From Sedimentisphaeraceae bacterium JB056 (lineage in GTDB: Bacteria > Planctomycetota > Phycisphaerae > Sedimentisphaerales > Sedimentisphaeraceae): a DNA stretch of 64,000 nt. Position numbers and translations under genes: made by a program. Numbering within the stretch: position 1 is the first letter of the stretch; each line of letters starts with the position of its first letter. Where the stretch lies: the NCBI GenBank assembly GCA_044440125.1, contig JBITAJ010000022.1, positions 32,001 to 96,000 of the forward strand. The letters are read 5' to 3'. This document shows, piece after piece, positions 1-9,496 of this stretch. A model generated the notes under the pieces. That model saw nothing but the letters and a program-made list of their open reading frames with translations, searched no databases and was not told where the DNA came from.

Positions 1-1449
1 AAACTCAAGGAAGAATTTTGCTATATTAACCATACATGCGGTTTCGTCAATAACGATCATACCACCAGAGCCCATGATAGAACCGGCTTTGGCAAGTGAA
101 TCATAATCGATTGGAGTATCAAGATAATCAGCAGGCAAGCAGCCACCTGAAGGGCCACCGGTCTGAATTGCCTTGAATTCTTTATCATTCTGTATACCGC
201 CGCCAATTTCATAAACCATCTCGCGGAGTGTTGTACCCATAGGCACCTCAACAAGACCGGTATTATTGACACGACCGGCAAGCGCAAATACCTTTGTACC
301 CTTACTTTTGTCAGTACCGACAGAGCTGAACCATTCTGCGCCATCAAGAAGAATAACAGGAATGTTGGCCCATGTCTCAACATTGTTAATAAGAGTCGGC
401 TTTCCAAACAAACCACTTACTGCAGGGAATGGAGGTCTTGGTCGCGGCATTCCACGACGGCCTTCTATCGAATGCAGAAGAGCTGTCTCTTCACCGCAAA
501 CAAAAGCACCGGCACCAAGACGAAGCTCAATATTGAAGCTGAAATCACTTCCGAGAATATTATCCCCAAGCATTCCAGCCTTCTTGGCCTGCTCAATAGC
601 TATTTCAAGACGCTTGATAGCAAGCGGATATTCAGCACGAATATAGATAATACCCGTATCTGCACCAACTGCATAACCACCAACAAGCATACCTTCAAGA
701 ACAGAGTGTGGATCGCCTTCGATCGTACTTCTGTCCATAAATGCACCCGGATCGCCTTCGTCAGCATTACAAACCACATACTTCTGGTCATTTTCTGCCT
801 GAGCAGTAAATTTCCATTTAAGGCCTGTAGAGAAACCTGCACCACCACGTCCGCGGATACCGGATTCTATAATCTCATTGACTACATCCATACCCTTCAT
901 ATCGGTTAGGATCTTGGCTAAAGCCTCATATCCTCTATTCTCGATATAATCGTCGATATTTTCGGGGTCAATTATACCGCAGTTACGCAACGCAATACGA
1001 AGCTGCCTGCTGAATATATCGAGATCGCCAAATGTTTTGTACGATCTGTTATAAAGATTATCGTCTTTAGATTCTGAAACATCTTCGCCGCCGCCGATAA
1101 GCCATTCACTAACAGGCTCACCACCGATAAGATGTTTTTCCAATATAGTCTGAGCCTTATCAGCCGTAACTTTTATGTATTTGTATGGGGTCTTACCCTG
1201 TTCAACGACTTCAATAGTCGGCTCAACATTACATCTACCGGCACATCCTTTGCGACTTACAAGAACATCTTTAACTTTTCCGCCTTCAACGGCTTCTGTA
1301 AAGATCTTCATCGCATCTCTTGAACCGGCAGCGATTTCGCATGTCGCCATACCGACATACACTTTGTATCGCATTCCTTCGCTTTTACTGTTGTTTCTCT
1401 CAACAGCTTCGGCTCGTTTTTGCCGAATTTGTTCAATTGGAGTTGACAC
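1..1449 (-). CDS. HydB/HndC/NuoF-type NADH-binding diaphorase subunit with N-terminal thioredoxin-like [2Fe-2S] domain; 3' end runs off the window
   Basis: Not in the ORF track; translated by hand from GTG at 1449 (alternative ATG at 1374). Motifs: VGMATCEIAAG..CAGRCNVEP, GIRGRGGAGFSTGLKW, CNADEGDPGAFMDR, PRPRPPFP, TGGPSGGC, GSIMGSGGMIV. Confidence 0.9.
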   Translation of the reverse strand, partial: MSTPIEQIRQKRAEAVERNNSKSEGMRYKVYVGMATCEIAAGSRDAMKIFTEAVEGGKVKDVLVSRKGCAGRCNVEPTIEVVEQGKTPYKYIKVTADKAQTILEKHLIGGEPVSEWLIGGGEDVSESKDDNLYNRSYKTFGDLDIFSRQLRIALRNCGIIDPENIDDYIENRGYEALAKILTDMKGMDVVNEIIESGIRGRGGAGFSTGLKWKFTAQAENDQKYVVCNADEGDPGAFMDRSTIEGDPHSVLEGMLVGGYAVGADTGIIYIRAEYPLAIKRLEIAIEQAKKAGMLGDNILGSDFSFNIELRLGAGAFVCGEETALLHSIEGRRGMPRPRPPFPAVSGLFGKPTLINNVETWANIPVILLDGAEWFSSVGTDKSKGTKVFALAGRVNNTGLVEVPMGTTLREMVYEIGGGIQNDKEFKAIQTGGPSGGCLPADYLDTPIDYDSLAKAGSIMGSGGMIVIDETACMVNIAKFFLEF

Positions 1450-1524
1450 TTTTTACATTACCTTTCGAACTGCACAAGCACTATTTATTTAAACTTAAAA
1501 CAGCCCTTTCGGGCTGTCTAACAC

Positions 1525-2157
1525 TCACTGAGTAAGCTTTGTCTTTTCTGCGGCGATCACATAATAGATCAGATTCTCAAGTTCCATCTCCAGATTGATG
1601 TTGTTCACCACCACATCTTCTGAAGACAGGTTGATCGGCGCAAAATTTAAGACACCCTTTATTCCTGCGTTTCGCATCATTTCAAATACCTGTTGCGCTG
1701 CGACATCAGGCACTGAAATAACCCCGAGTTTTACCTCGTGTTCTTCAATATATTCACTCATCTGCTCAAGTGGATATACCGGAACTTGAGCTTCAGGGTC
1801 AATTTTCGATGAATCAATATCAAAAGCAGCTATTACTTGTATTGACTCTTTTTCAAAACCCTTATATCTAAGCAGAGCTTTCCCTATATTTCCGATACCC
1901 ACTACTATGACACGGTGAACCTTATGTTTACCGAATATAGTATTCATCTGATCAATAAGATCATCTATATTGTAACCGCCCCTTTTGTTGCCGGTTATCC
2001 CGAACAGAGAAAAGTCCTTACGAACCTGCGCTGATGAAGTACCGGTAGCATCAGCAAGGTTACTCGAAAAAACCTTAACAAAACCGAGAGACTTAAGCCT
2101 TGTAAGAGCATTCTTGTATCTCGATATTCTAACTATACAATTTTTATTCGTCGCCAT
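1525..2157 (-). CDS. rex: Redox-sensing transcriptional repressor Rex
   Basis: RISRY..SSxxLA..QVRKDFSLFG..G.RGGY winged helix, VGIGNIG Rossmann motif, GVLNFAP; 210 aa. Confidence 0.95.
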   Translation of the reverse strand: MATNKNCIVRISRYKNALTRLKSLGFVKVFSSNLADATGTSSAQVRKDFSLFGITGNKRGGYNIDDLIDQMNTIFGKHKVHRVIVVGIGNIGKALLRYKGFEKESIQVIAAFDIDSSKIDPEAQVPVYPLEQMSEYIEEHEVKLGVISVPDVAAQQVFEMMRNAGIKGVLNFAPINLSSEDVVVNNINLEMELENLIYYVIAAEKTKLTQ

Positions 2158-2251
2158 TTCAACCCCCTAAACACACTATAAGATGTCCAAAAACTTGCAA
2201 CATACGGTTAAAACTCACAATATCTTTTCATTAAGACACAGCAAAGCGGGT

Positions 2252-2280
2252 AATCTAAAACATTATACGACACATGTCAA
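2252..2280 (-). promoter_or_regulatory. Putative sigma70 promoter for the rex-hydB operon
   Basis: Minus strand TTGACA (2280-2275), N17, TAGATT (2257-2252), about 95 bp upstream of the rex start. Confidence 0.6.
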
Positions 2281-2287
2281 TGGTTTG

Positions 2288-2306
2288 TTGTGATTTTTGT
2301 TCACAA
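2288..2306. promoter_or_regulatory. Candidate Rex operator
   Basis: Palindrome TTGTGA-TTTTTGT-TCACAA next to the rex -35; resembles the Rex consensus TTGTGAA-N4-TTCACAA but is 1 bp longer. Confidence 0.65.
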
Positions 2307-2824
2307 AAACATCATTTTAATAAAAAACCTCGATCATTTTTTATCAATCCCTATTTTTAGTACTCGGAAACCGCCTATCAATATAGTATGTAAATACGAA
2401 ATACTTGTCGGCCAGAATCTAATTCAAATATTTACAAACCTACAGATCCATATATGATGCGTCCGACAAAAGTTGATAAACGTCCAATTAACCCTTGATA
2501 TCTGATTAAAATCGCAGATTTAATCAGCAACGATTGACTTTTGTCAGTTTCGCCATATATAAAGCTGTAGAATCTTTCAATAAATTTATCATACACATTT
2601 ACCGCATATTTCACCAAATATCTGATGAAATTATAGACTGTAAATGGCATAGAATACTTTTGGTGCCGCAACTATGCTATTGCATATTTGCAAATATAGA
2701 TTTTACCAACTTATCAAATAGAAGAATATCAACATATAAGCTTATATTAGAATGACTTACAAGAAACGATTGATATCAAGACAAATTGTTTGTAACGTTT
2801 TTTTGCAATAACTGAAAAAAAAAC

Positions 2825-2852
2825 TTGAAACTGCTAAACATCAGTATATAAT
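2825..2852 (+). promoter_or_regulatory. Putative sigma70 promoter
   Basis: TTGAAA (2825-2830), N16, TATAAT (2847-2852). Confidence 0.6.
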
Positions 2853-2858
2853 GCAGAC

Positions 2859-3005
2859 CTCTCAAAATAAATAGTTGACCTTAAATGGTTAGCTAACTCA
2901 TTTTTGGACTCCTTTCTTTAGTTTGTGGGCTTGTCGGGCAGGTTTCTCCCTCCTTCTCCTCCTACTTCTCCGCCTGTTCGACGAGCCCCAACCCCTAAAA
3001 GAAGC
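2859..3005 (+). ncRNA. Candidate structured small RNA or leader with a CU-rich loop
   Basis: Hairpin 2872-2895 (9 bp, 2 G-U pairs) and hairpin 2927-2988 (16 bp, 3 G-U pairs) closing the 30-nt loop TTTCTCCCTCCTTCTCCTCCTACTTCTCCG; directly downstream of the promoter; ends approximate. Confidence 0.55.
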
Positions 3006-3234
3006 AAGCTGAAGAATTTTATATAAATATGCACATACGGTTGCCTCAGGTAGTCATTCGCTGAAATAGTTATCCAGAGCTTTCCCAGCGATCCAATGAG
3101 ATCAATTTTTCTATTATTGTAGTAATTAATAGCTAATTTCTCTTTACAGTTTCATGTTTTTTGATACTATGTTTCTATTAACAGAAACGAAGAAATTCAA
3201 TGTTGCAAATATAAGGTTTTAGTAAAGGGATTCG

Positions 3235-4266
3235 ATGAAGTATTCAAGATTTTTATTAATAGCTGTAATATGCTGTATGTGCATATTAGGATGTAAGAAA
3301 AACAGTAATGAAGGCCAGCAGCAGCAAACAATACGCTTAAGTTACGCTAATTTCGCTCCAGCTTCTACTTTTGTTTGCGTTCAGATGGAAAGATGGAAGG
3401 AAGAGGTCGAAAAACGAACAAACGGTAAGCTTCAAATAGATACTTATCCGGGTGGTACACTACTTGGTGCCAAAGATATGATAGACGGTGTTATCTCTGG
3501 CCAGGCAGACATAGGCTGTTTGTGTATGGCGTATCAGCCAGGCAGGTTTTCAATAACAAATGCAACCAGTCTTCCGATGGGTATACCAGATGCAGTTGTC
3601 GGTACAAAGGTATTGAATGATATATACGAAAAATACACCCCTAAAGGCTTCAAAGACGTTAAGGTAGTTACAATGTTCACTAATTCGCCTGCCAACATCA
3701 TGAGCAAAAGACCTGTCTACACTCTTGATGATATCAAAGGTATGAATCTAAGGGCATCAGGCGGTGCAGCAAAAATCCTTGGAACATGGGGAGCTAATTA
3801 TGTTGGAATGCCCATGTCTGAAACACCTGAAGCTATACAGAAAGGCGTCGTTGAAGGACTTTTCTCTTCACTTGAAGTAATGAAAGACTTCGAATACGCT
3901 GCACTCTGCAGATATGTAACAATGACCGACACTGTCATATATCCGTTTGCAGTGGTTATGAATCAACAAACCTGGGATAAACTGCCTGCTGATGTGCAGA
4001 AAGTAATCAATGACCTAAAACAAGAACAGGCTATATGGACTGCTGAATACATGGAGACCCACGTTAAAGATGCAATAGAATGGTCTAAACTCAATCATCA
4101 TATCGAAGTCATCAATCTTGACTCTTCTGAAAAAGCAAGATTTAACGAACTGCTTAAGTCAATAATCGATCAATGGATAATTGATGAGTCGGCAAAAGGC
4201 TTACCGGCAAAACAGATAGTTGAAGACATTGACAAGATGGTAACAAAATACTCGCAGGACCAGTAA
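3235..4266 (+). CDS. dctP: TRAP transporter substrate-binding protein (lipoprotein-type signal)
   Basis: YPGGTL, G.AD, DIKGMNLRA, MPMSETPEAIQKGVVEG, MNQQTWDKLP; ILGC lipobox; first gene of a P-Q-M triad. Confidence 0.9.
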   Translation: MKYSRFLLIAVICCMCILGCKKNSNEGQQQQTIRLSYANFAPASTFVCVQMERWKEEVEKRTNGKLQIDTYPGGTLLGAKDMIDGVISGQADIGCLCMAYQPGRFSITNATSLPMGIPDAVVGTKVLNDIYEKYTPKGFKDVKVVTMFTNSPANIMSKRPVYTLDDIKGMNLRASGGAAKILGTWGANYVGMPMSETPEAIQKGVVEGLFSSLEVMKDFEYAALCRYVTMTDTVIYPFAVVMNQQTWDKLPADVQKVINDLKQEQAIWTAEYMETHVKDAIEWSKLNHHIEVINLDSSEKARFNELLKSIIDQWIIDESAKGLPAKQIVEDIDKMVTKYSQDQ

Positions 4267-4298
4267 TACACTTCGATAGAACTTGAAGCGGAAATATC

Positions 4299-4826
4299 GT
4301 GAACTTTCTTGAAAAAGCAACCCAAATCTGTAATAAACTATTCATATTTATTGCAGGACTTTTCTTATGCCTTATGGTGCTGCTGACGTGTCTCAATATA
4401 GTTTTGAGACTTTTTGGCCAGCCGCTTAGGGGAACAGTGGAACTCATGGGATTCTTTGGTGCGGTGACCGCTACTTTTGCGTTGGCATATACGCAAACCA
4501 AAAGAGACCATATAAGTGTAACCGTACTTTTTGACCGTATGCCAAGCATCATTCAAAAATTATCAGGCTCCTTAAATGATCTTATATGCATGATATTCAG
4601 TCTTATTGGAGCTTTGCAGGTGTGCGGCATAGCAAATGCTATATTCAAAGCCGGCGAAGTAACAGAGACACTCAGGATTTCATTCTACCCATTTGTATAT
4701 GCCTCAGCAGCAGGGTTCTTTCTGCTTGTAATAGTATTCCTGCTTGAACTGATAAAAGTAGCTATTAGAGGTTTCACAAATGATGTAAGTGCATTTGAAA
4801 AAGAATTTGAGGCTGGGGACAAGTAG
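4299..4826 (+). CDS. dctQ: TRAP transporter small permease
   Basis: About 4 TM segments, NIVLR, GTVEL, HISV motif; lies between dctP and dctM. Confidence 0.88.
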   Translation: MNFLEKATQICNKLFIFIAGLFLCLMVLLTCLNIVLRLFGQPLRGTVELMGFFGAVTATFALAYTQTKRDHISVTVLFDRMPSIIQKLSGSLNDLICMIFSLIGALQVCGIANAIFKAGEVTETLRISFYPFVYASAAGFFLLVIVFLLELIKVAIRGFTNDVSAFEKEFEAGDK

Positions 4827-6131
4827 ATGAGCATAACATTTATTGGAATTCTGGGAATCGCAGCCCTTCTGCTTATAATATTTGTTCTTGGCACACCAGT
4901 GAGCTTTGCGATGGCTATCGTAGGTTTCATTGGATTCTGCTGCATTACATCTCTTGATGCAGGAATGAATATGGTAGGCTCTTCTCTTTGGAACAGCTAC
5001 TCAAAATACGGATTCACACTCATACCGCTATTCATTCTCATGGGACAAATAGTCTTTCATTCAGGAGTAAATAAAAGACTGTACGATACTGCGCATAAAC
5101 TTATCGGGCATATTCATGGCGGGCTTGCAATGGCGACCATATCGGCTTGTGCGGCTTTTGCTGCTATCTGCGGATCAAATACTGCTACAGCTGCAACAAT
5201 GACAACTGTAGCCTTCCCAGAAATGTGCAAATACAATTACAACAAAAGACTAAGCTTAGGCGCAATAGCTTGCGGCTCTACTTTAGGGGTAGTAATACCT
5301 CCAAGTGTGGTTCTGATAATAATTGGATTATCAACAGAACAGTCTGTGTCAAAACTGTTTTATGGTGGAATAGGTGCAGGCATCTTCCTCACTGCATCGT
5401 TTCTCCTCACGGCATGGGTAATATGCAAAGTAAAACCAGGCTGGGGACCTTCAGGGCCAAAATACAGTCTGAAAGAACGTCTCAAATCACTTGCCGGTGC
5501 ATATGAGATGATTACCTTATTTCTGCTTGTCATAATAGGGCTTTACATGGGAATTTTTACTCCTACAGAAGCTGGTGCCGTAGGTTCGTTTCTTGCTATA
5601 CTGATAGGCTTCATACAAAAAAATCTATCGATAAAGGGGTTTCTGAATGCCTTAAAAGAGACCTTGCGAGCTTCTTGCATGGTAATCACCATAATAGCCG
5701 GCTCAGTTATTTTTGGTAAATTTTTGGCTGTGACGCGAATTCCATATGACCTTGCAAGCTGGGTAGTTGACCTGCCGGTAAATCCTACAGTAATCATGTT
5801 AGTGATATTCCTGATATATATAGCCGGTGGAGCAATAATGGACGCTTTAGGCCTACTATTAATCACAATGCCTATATTCTTTCCAGTTGCAGAAAAACTT
5901 GGATACGATCCGCTATGGTTTGGTGTAATTATCACTGTCATAACCACCTTGGGTGCGATAACTCCGCCTGTGGGAGCCACAACATATATAGTAGGCGGAA
6001 TGGCAAAAGACAGCTCTCTCAAAGATGCTTTTCGTGGCGTGGCCTATTTTATTCCAGCATACGCAGCAGCGATAATAGCAATGATGCTCTCACCTAAAAT
6101 CATCACTTTCCTGCCCTCCCTTATGAAATAA
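4827..6131 (+). CDS. dctM: TRAP transporter large permease
   Basis: IPLFILMG, GGLA, CGS, LGVVIPPS, FTPTEAGAVG, ITPPVG. Confidence 0.93.
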   Translation: MSITFIGILGIAALLLIIFVLGTPVSFAMAIVGFIGFCCITSLDAGMNMVGSSLWNSYSKYGFTLIPLFILMGQIVFHSGVNKRLYDTAHKLIGHIHGGLAMATISACAAFAAICGSNTATAATMTTVAFPEMCKYNYNKRLSLGAIACGSTLGVVIPPSVVLIIIGLSTEQSVSKLFYGGIGAGIFLTASFLLTAWVICKVKPGWGPSGPKYSLKERLKSLAGAYEMITLFLLVIIGLYMGIFTPTEAGAVGSFLAILIGFIQKNLSIKGFLNALKETLRASCMVITIIAGSVIFGKFLAVTRIPYDLASWVVDLPVNPTVIMLVIFLIYIAGGAIMDALGLLLITMPIFFPVAEKLGYDPLWFGVIITVITTLGAITPPVGATTYIVGGMAKDSSLKDAFRGVAYFIPAYAAAIIAMMLSPKIITFLPSLMK

Positions 6132-6309
6132 TAGTAAAACAGACCTTCACGTCTAAACAAAAAGTTGAATACGCGGAAATAATCGCTATAATCGATTTTG
6201 TAGTGGAAACTTGTGCGTATTTATCTTTTTACTGTATGTTGGTATCTGACACAGGTTGAATTAGTATATTTTTGAAGCTGCGATAAAAATAAACCTTAAG
6301 CGAGGGACG

Positions 6310-7494
6310 ATGATACCTATTAAAACCGACCTTAGATTGAAGCGAACGCCATATGCAAACTATGCATTGATAGCTGTAAATGTCTTCATATTCTTAATCA
6401 CATTTGCCCCCCATCCTGTGAAATACGAAATAAAGATAGTTACAGAGCCTCTGAAGGACTGGGCACAGACTTTTATACTTAATTCAGCTCGACCTCAGTT
6501 ATGGCAGTTTGTAACATACGGTTTTTTGCATTCAAGCTATCAGCATATAATCGGAAACATGTTCTTCCTGTATCTTTTCGGAAATAATGTTAACGATAGG
6601 CTCGGCAATACCGGTTATATAAGTTTCTATATCGCAGGCTGTATTTTTGCAGGCATAGGCTATTCATTGCTTCACGATACACCTGTCCTTGGTGCAAGCG
6701 GTGCCGTATCTGCCGTAACTGGAGCATATTTGGTCCTTTATCCCCGGTCTGTAATAACAATACTTTACTGGTTTGTAATAATCGGCACTATTGATGTCCC
6801 TGCGATATGGTTCATACTGCTCAAGATGGTACTAATTGATAATGTGATACAGGCAAGATATATGTCTGCTCCCATTGCTTACGATGCACACCTTGCTGGA
6901 TACGCCTTTGGCTTTATAACACCCATGGTACTGCTGTGGACAGGACTTCTTCAAAGAAGTAAAATGGATATGTTTGGAATGTTGAAGCAATGGTACAGAA
7001 GAAGGCAATTCAGAGAAGCGCTCAAGCAATCAAATTTTGACGAGGAAACAGGTATAAATATCCACAAAGTCAAGGCAGACTCAGATCAAAGCCCTGAAGA
7101 ACAACAGAAAACAGAGCAGATATATAAGCTGAGGTCTGAAATATCATCACTTATTATAAAGAAGAGGCTTGCTGAGGCGGCAAATAAATACATTGAGCTT
7201 CAAAATACTGATTCAGGCCAAATATTGCCGCTCAGAGAGCAACTTGACGTATCAAACTACCTAATGGCAAGTAACAGGTACAAGCAAGCATCATCAGCAT
7301 ACAAAGACTTCATAAAAGCATACCCTACATATAGTTACATAGAACAAATACACCTGATGCTTGGAGTAATATACGCACGTTACATTGTTGATAAGGATTT
7401 AGCCAAAAAATATTTAGAGCTGGCTTTGGATGGATTGGAAGAACCGAGCCAAAAGAAAATGTGCGAAAACGAACTCAAGAAAATAAGCAAATAA
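6310..7494 (+). CDS. Rhomboid intramembrane serine protease with C-terminal TPR-like domain
   Basis: TYGFLHS..HIIGNM, GASGAV (catalytic Ser), AHLAG (His); helical soluble C-terminus. Confidence 0.88.
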   Translation: MIPIKTDLRLKRTPYANYALIAVNVFIFLITFAPHPVKYEIKIVTEPLKDWAQTFILNSARPQLWQFVTYGFLHSSYQHIIGNMFFLYLFGNNVNDRLGNTGYISFYIAGCIFAGIGYSLLHDTPVLGASGAVSAVTGAYLVLYPRSVITILYWFVIIGTIDVPAIWFILLKMVLIDNVIQARYMSAPIAYDAHLAGYAFGFITPMVLLWTGLLQRSKMDMFGMLKQWYRRRQFREALKQSNFDEETGINIHKVKADSDQSPEEQQKTEQIYKLRSEISSLIIKKRLAEAANKYIELQNTDSGQILPLREQLDVSNYLMASNRYKQASSAYKDFIKAYPTYSYIEQIHLMLGVIYARYIVDKDLAKKYLELALDGLEEPSQKKMCENELKKISK

Positions 7495-7508
7495 TCGCTT
7501 TCGATTTC

Positions 7509-8432
7509 ATGAAAAATAGTAAAGTAATAAAACTGCTATGCACTCCCGAACCGCAATTCCTGCTTCCCGGATTATGCGCAATAGCGGTTGGTACGGCTGC
7601 TGGAGCCAAAGATGGCGGCAGTGTTCATTGGTTGTATGCTATACTCGCAGTAATAGCAATCGTATTCATAAACGCCGGCTCCAATATGCTCAATGACTAT
7701 TTCGATCATCTCAGTGGGAATGACTGGCTCAATGACAACGTAACAAAATTCGGCGGCGGGAGCAGATATATCCAGGATGGCATAGTCACCCCCGAAGCAA
7801 TGCGTATGGCAGGAGCAATAGCAATCTCAATCGGAGCAGCTATAGGCATTATGATAGTAATACTATCTGGCAGCCTGTTTATTCTAATCCTTGGCATGGC
7901 AGGGTTTACCGGTGGTCTTTTCTGGACTGCCCCGCCAATAAAACTATGCTACCGATTACCCGGTGAGCCGCATATTTTTGCAATGTTTGGATTGCTGCCT
8001 ACCTACGGAGCTTACTATCTCCAGCATAAACACATAGAACCAATACTTTTAATACCTGCATCAATTATCGGCATCCACATAGCTCTGGTAGCTTTGATCA
8101 ATTCAATACCCGATAGAAAAGCCGATGCCGCGGTTAATAAAAAAACATTTACAGTTCGTTTTGGGCTTAAAAACGCGATAATACTATACAAAGTACTATT
8201 GATGTCGGCATATTTACTGTCGCTTCTGACCATTTTGATAAGTAATAACAATACAGTCAAAGCTGCCTGTATTGGCCACTTATACACTTTCCCTATCGCT
8301 TTAATATGCATTTTGATATCCAGCAGTGAACGGCTATCAAAAAAGAACGTATCAACACCAAATGGGCTGACAATTGCGGTCTATTGTCTGGCTGGAATTG
8401 CAATGACAACGGCAATAATAATTTCTGGATAA
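7509..8432 (+). CDS. menA: UbiA-family prenyltransferase, MenA-like
   Basis: NMLNDYFD..SGND, GGSRYI, INSIPDRKAD..NKKT; multiple TM segments; start moved to the ATG after the rhomboid stop. Confidence 0.7.
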   Translation: MKNSKVIKLLCTPEPQFLLPGLCAIAVGTAAGAKDGGSVHWLYAILAVIAIVFINAGSNMLNDYFDHLSGNDWLNDNVTKFGGGSRYIQDGIVTPEAMRMAGAIAISIGAAIGIMIVILSGSLFILILGMAGFTGGLFWTAPPIKLCYRLPGEPHIFAMFGLLPTYGAYYLQHKHIEPILLIPASIIGIHIALVALINSIPDRKADAAVNKKTFTVRFGLKNAIILYKVLLMSAYLLSLLTILISNNNTVKAACIGHLYTFPIALICILISSSERLSKKNVSTPNGLTIAVYCLAGIAMTTAIIISG

Positions 8433-8460
8433 GTTAATATCTGCGTTTGAAAAAAGTAAA

Positions 8461-9357
8461 ATGTTCGAACAGGAAATCAAAAATAAAGCATACGAACTTG
8501 GATTCGACATCTGCGGAATAACCAGCGCTCTCGAAATAGAGAAAACTGAGTCAGATAAACTTTTTAACTGGCTTAACAAAGGCCTCAATGCTGATCTTGG
8601 TTATATGGAAAGAAATGTAGAAAAACGAATATCAGCAGGTAAACTACTTGAAGATGCAAAATCAGTCATATGTGTTGGCATTAAATACGACAGGCTGCTT
8701 CCTGATAAACAGGCTGATTGTACAATATCTTCATATGCGTGTTATGAGGATTATCATTCAATCATAAAACCTAAACTCTTTGCACTTGCAGAGTTCATTA
8801 ACACGCTAATGAACGAAAGGTTTAAGTTCAAGGCTTGCGTTGACACTGTACCAATAGCGGAACGTTCTTATGCCCAAAAAGCAGGACTTGGCTTTATAGG
8901 CAAAAATAGAATGCTCATAAACAAGCTGTTTGGGAGCCGTATATTTCTTGGCGAACTTATCACGAATCTTGAACTGAAACCAGATGCTCCAATTGCAGGA
9001 GATTGTCGGAAATGTAGCAAATGTATAGATGCCTGCCCTACAGGCGCATTAACTTCTGACGGGATTGATTGTAACAAGTGTATAAGCTATCTTACAATTG
9101 AAAATCGCGGCCAAATTGATAAAAAGTACCACAAACTGGTCCAAGAAAACATTTTTGGGTGTGACAAATGTGTTGACGCTTGCCCTTTCAACGAAAATAC
9201 TCCCCTATCATCTCTTAAAAAGATACTCAATCCTGGTCTGATCTCTAAAGACATACTTGAAATGAGTACTGATGAGTTCGAGACTGTATTCGGGAAAAGC
9301 CCTCTATCTCGCGCAGGAATCGACAAATTAAAAACACATATCAAATATAATGATTGA
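8461..9357 (+). CDS. queG: tRNA epoxyqueuosine(34) reductase
   Basis: GFDICGI, YA..EDYH, VDT.PIAER, GFIGKN, C..C.KC..ACPTGA, CISYLTIE, FGCDKC..ACPFN. Confidence 0.93.
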   Translation: MFEQEIKNKAYELGFDICGITSALEIEKTESDKLFNWLNKGLNADLGYMERNVEKRISAGKLLEDAKSVICVGIKYDRLLPDKQADCTISSYACYEDYHSIIKPKLFALAEFINTLMNERFKFKACVDTVPIAERSYAQKAGLGFIGKNRMLINKLFGSRIFLGELITNLELKPDAPIAGDCRKCSKCIDACPTGALTSDGIDCNKCISYLTIENRGQIDKKYHKLVQENIFGCDKCVDACPFNENTPLSSLKKILNPGLISKDILEMSTDEFETVFGKSPLSRAGIDKLKTHIKYND

Positions 9358-9496
9358 TATATTCAACTTTGGCTTCAATGGCCATTAAAAACATTTTTAC
9401 ATCGTTTTGATTTACAGCTTGAAATTTACTAAAACTACTCCATAATATAGGCTTGACTTAATTTTATCATGGATATTTTACAAGGATACAATCATA

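Noticed and set aside
57..1535. Several short ORFs in the track at the window start
   Set aside because: They are shadows or alternate frames of the HydB-like CDS (1449 to <1).
2432..2755. Overlapping 79-aa and 73-aa ORFs
   Set aside because: TTG starts, no clear RBS, no recognisable motifs; AT-rich intergenic DNA.
3030..3105. Possible riboswitch upstream of dctP (TTATCCAGAG, CGCTG/CAGCG pairing)
   Set aside because: Only fragments resemble SAM-I or c-di-GMP-I motifs and the core architecture could not be built; an Rfam scan would settle it.
9358..9496. SAH or SAM riboswitch upstream of ahcY
   Set aside because: The region is very AT-rich with no recognisable aptamer.
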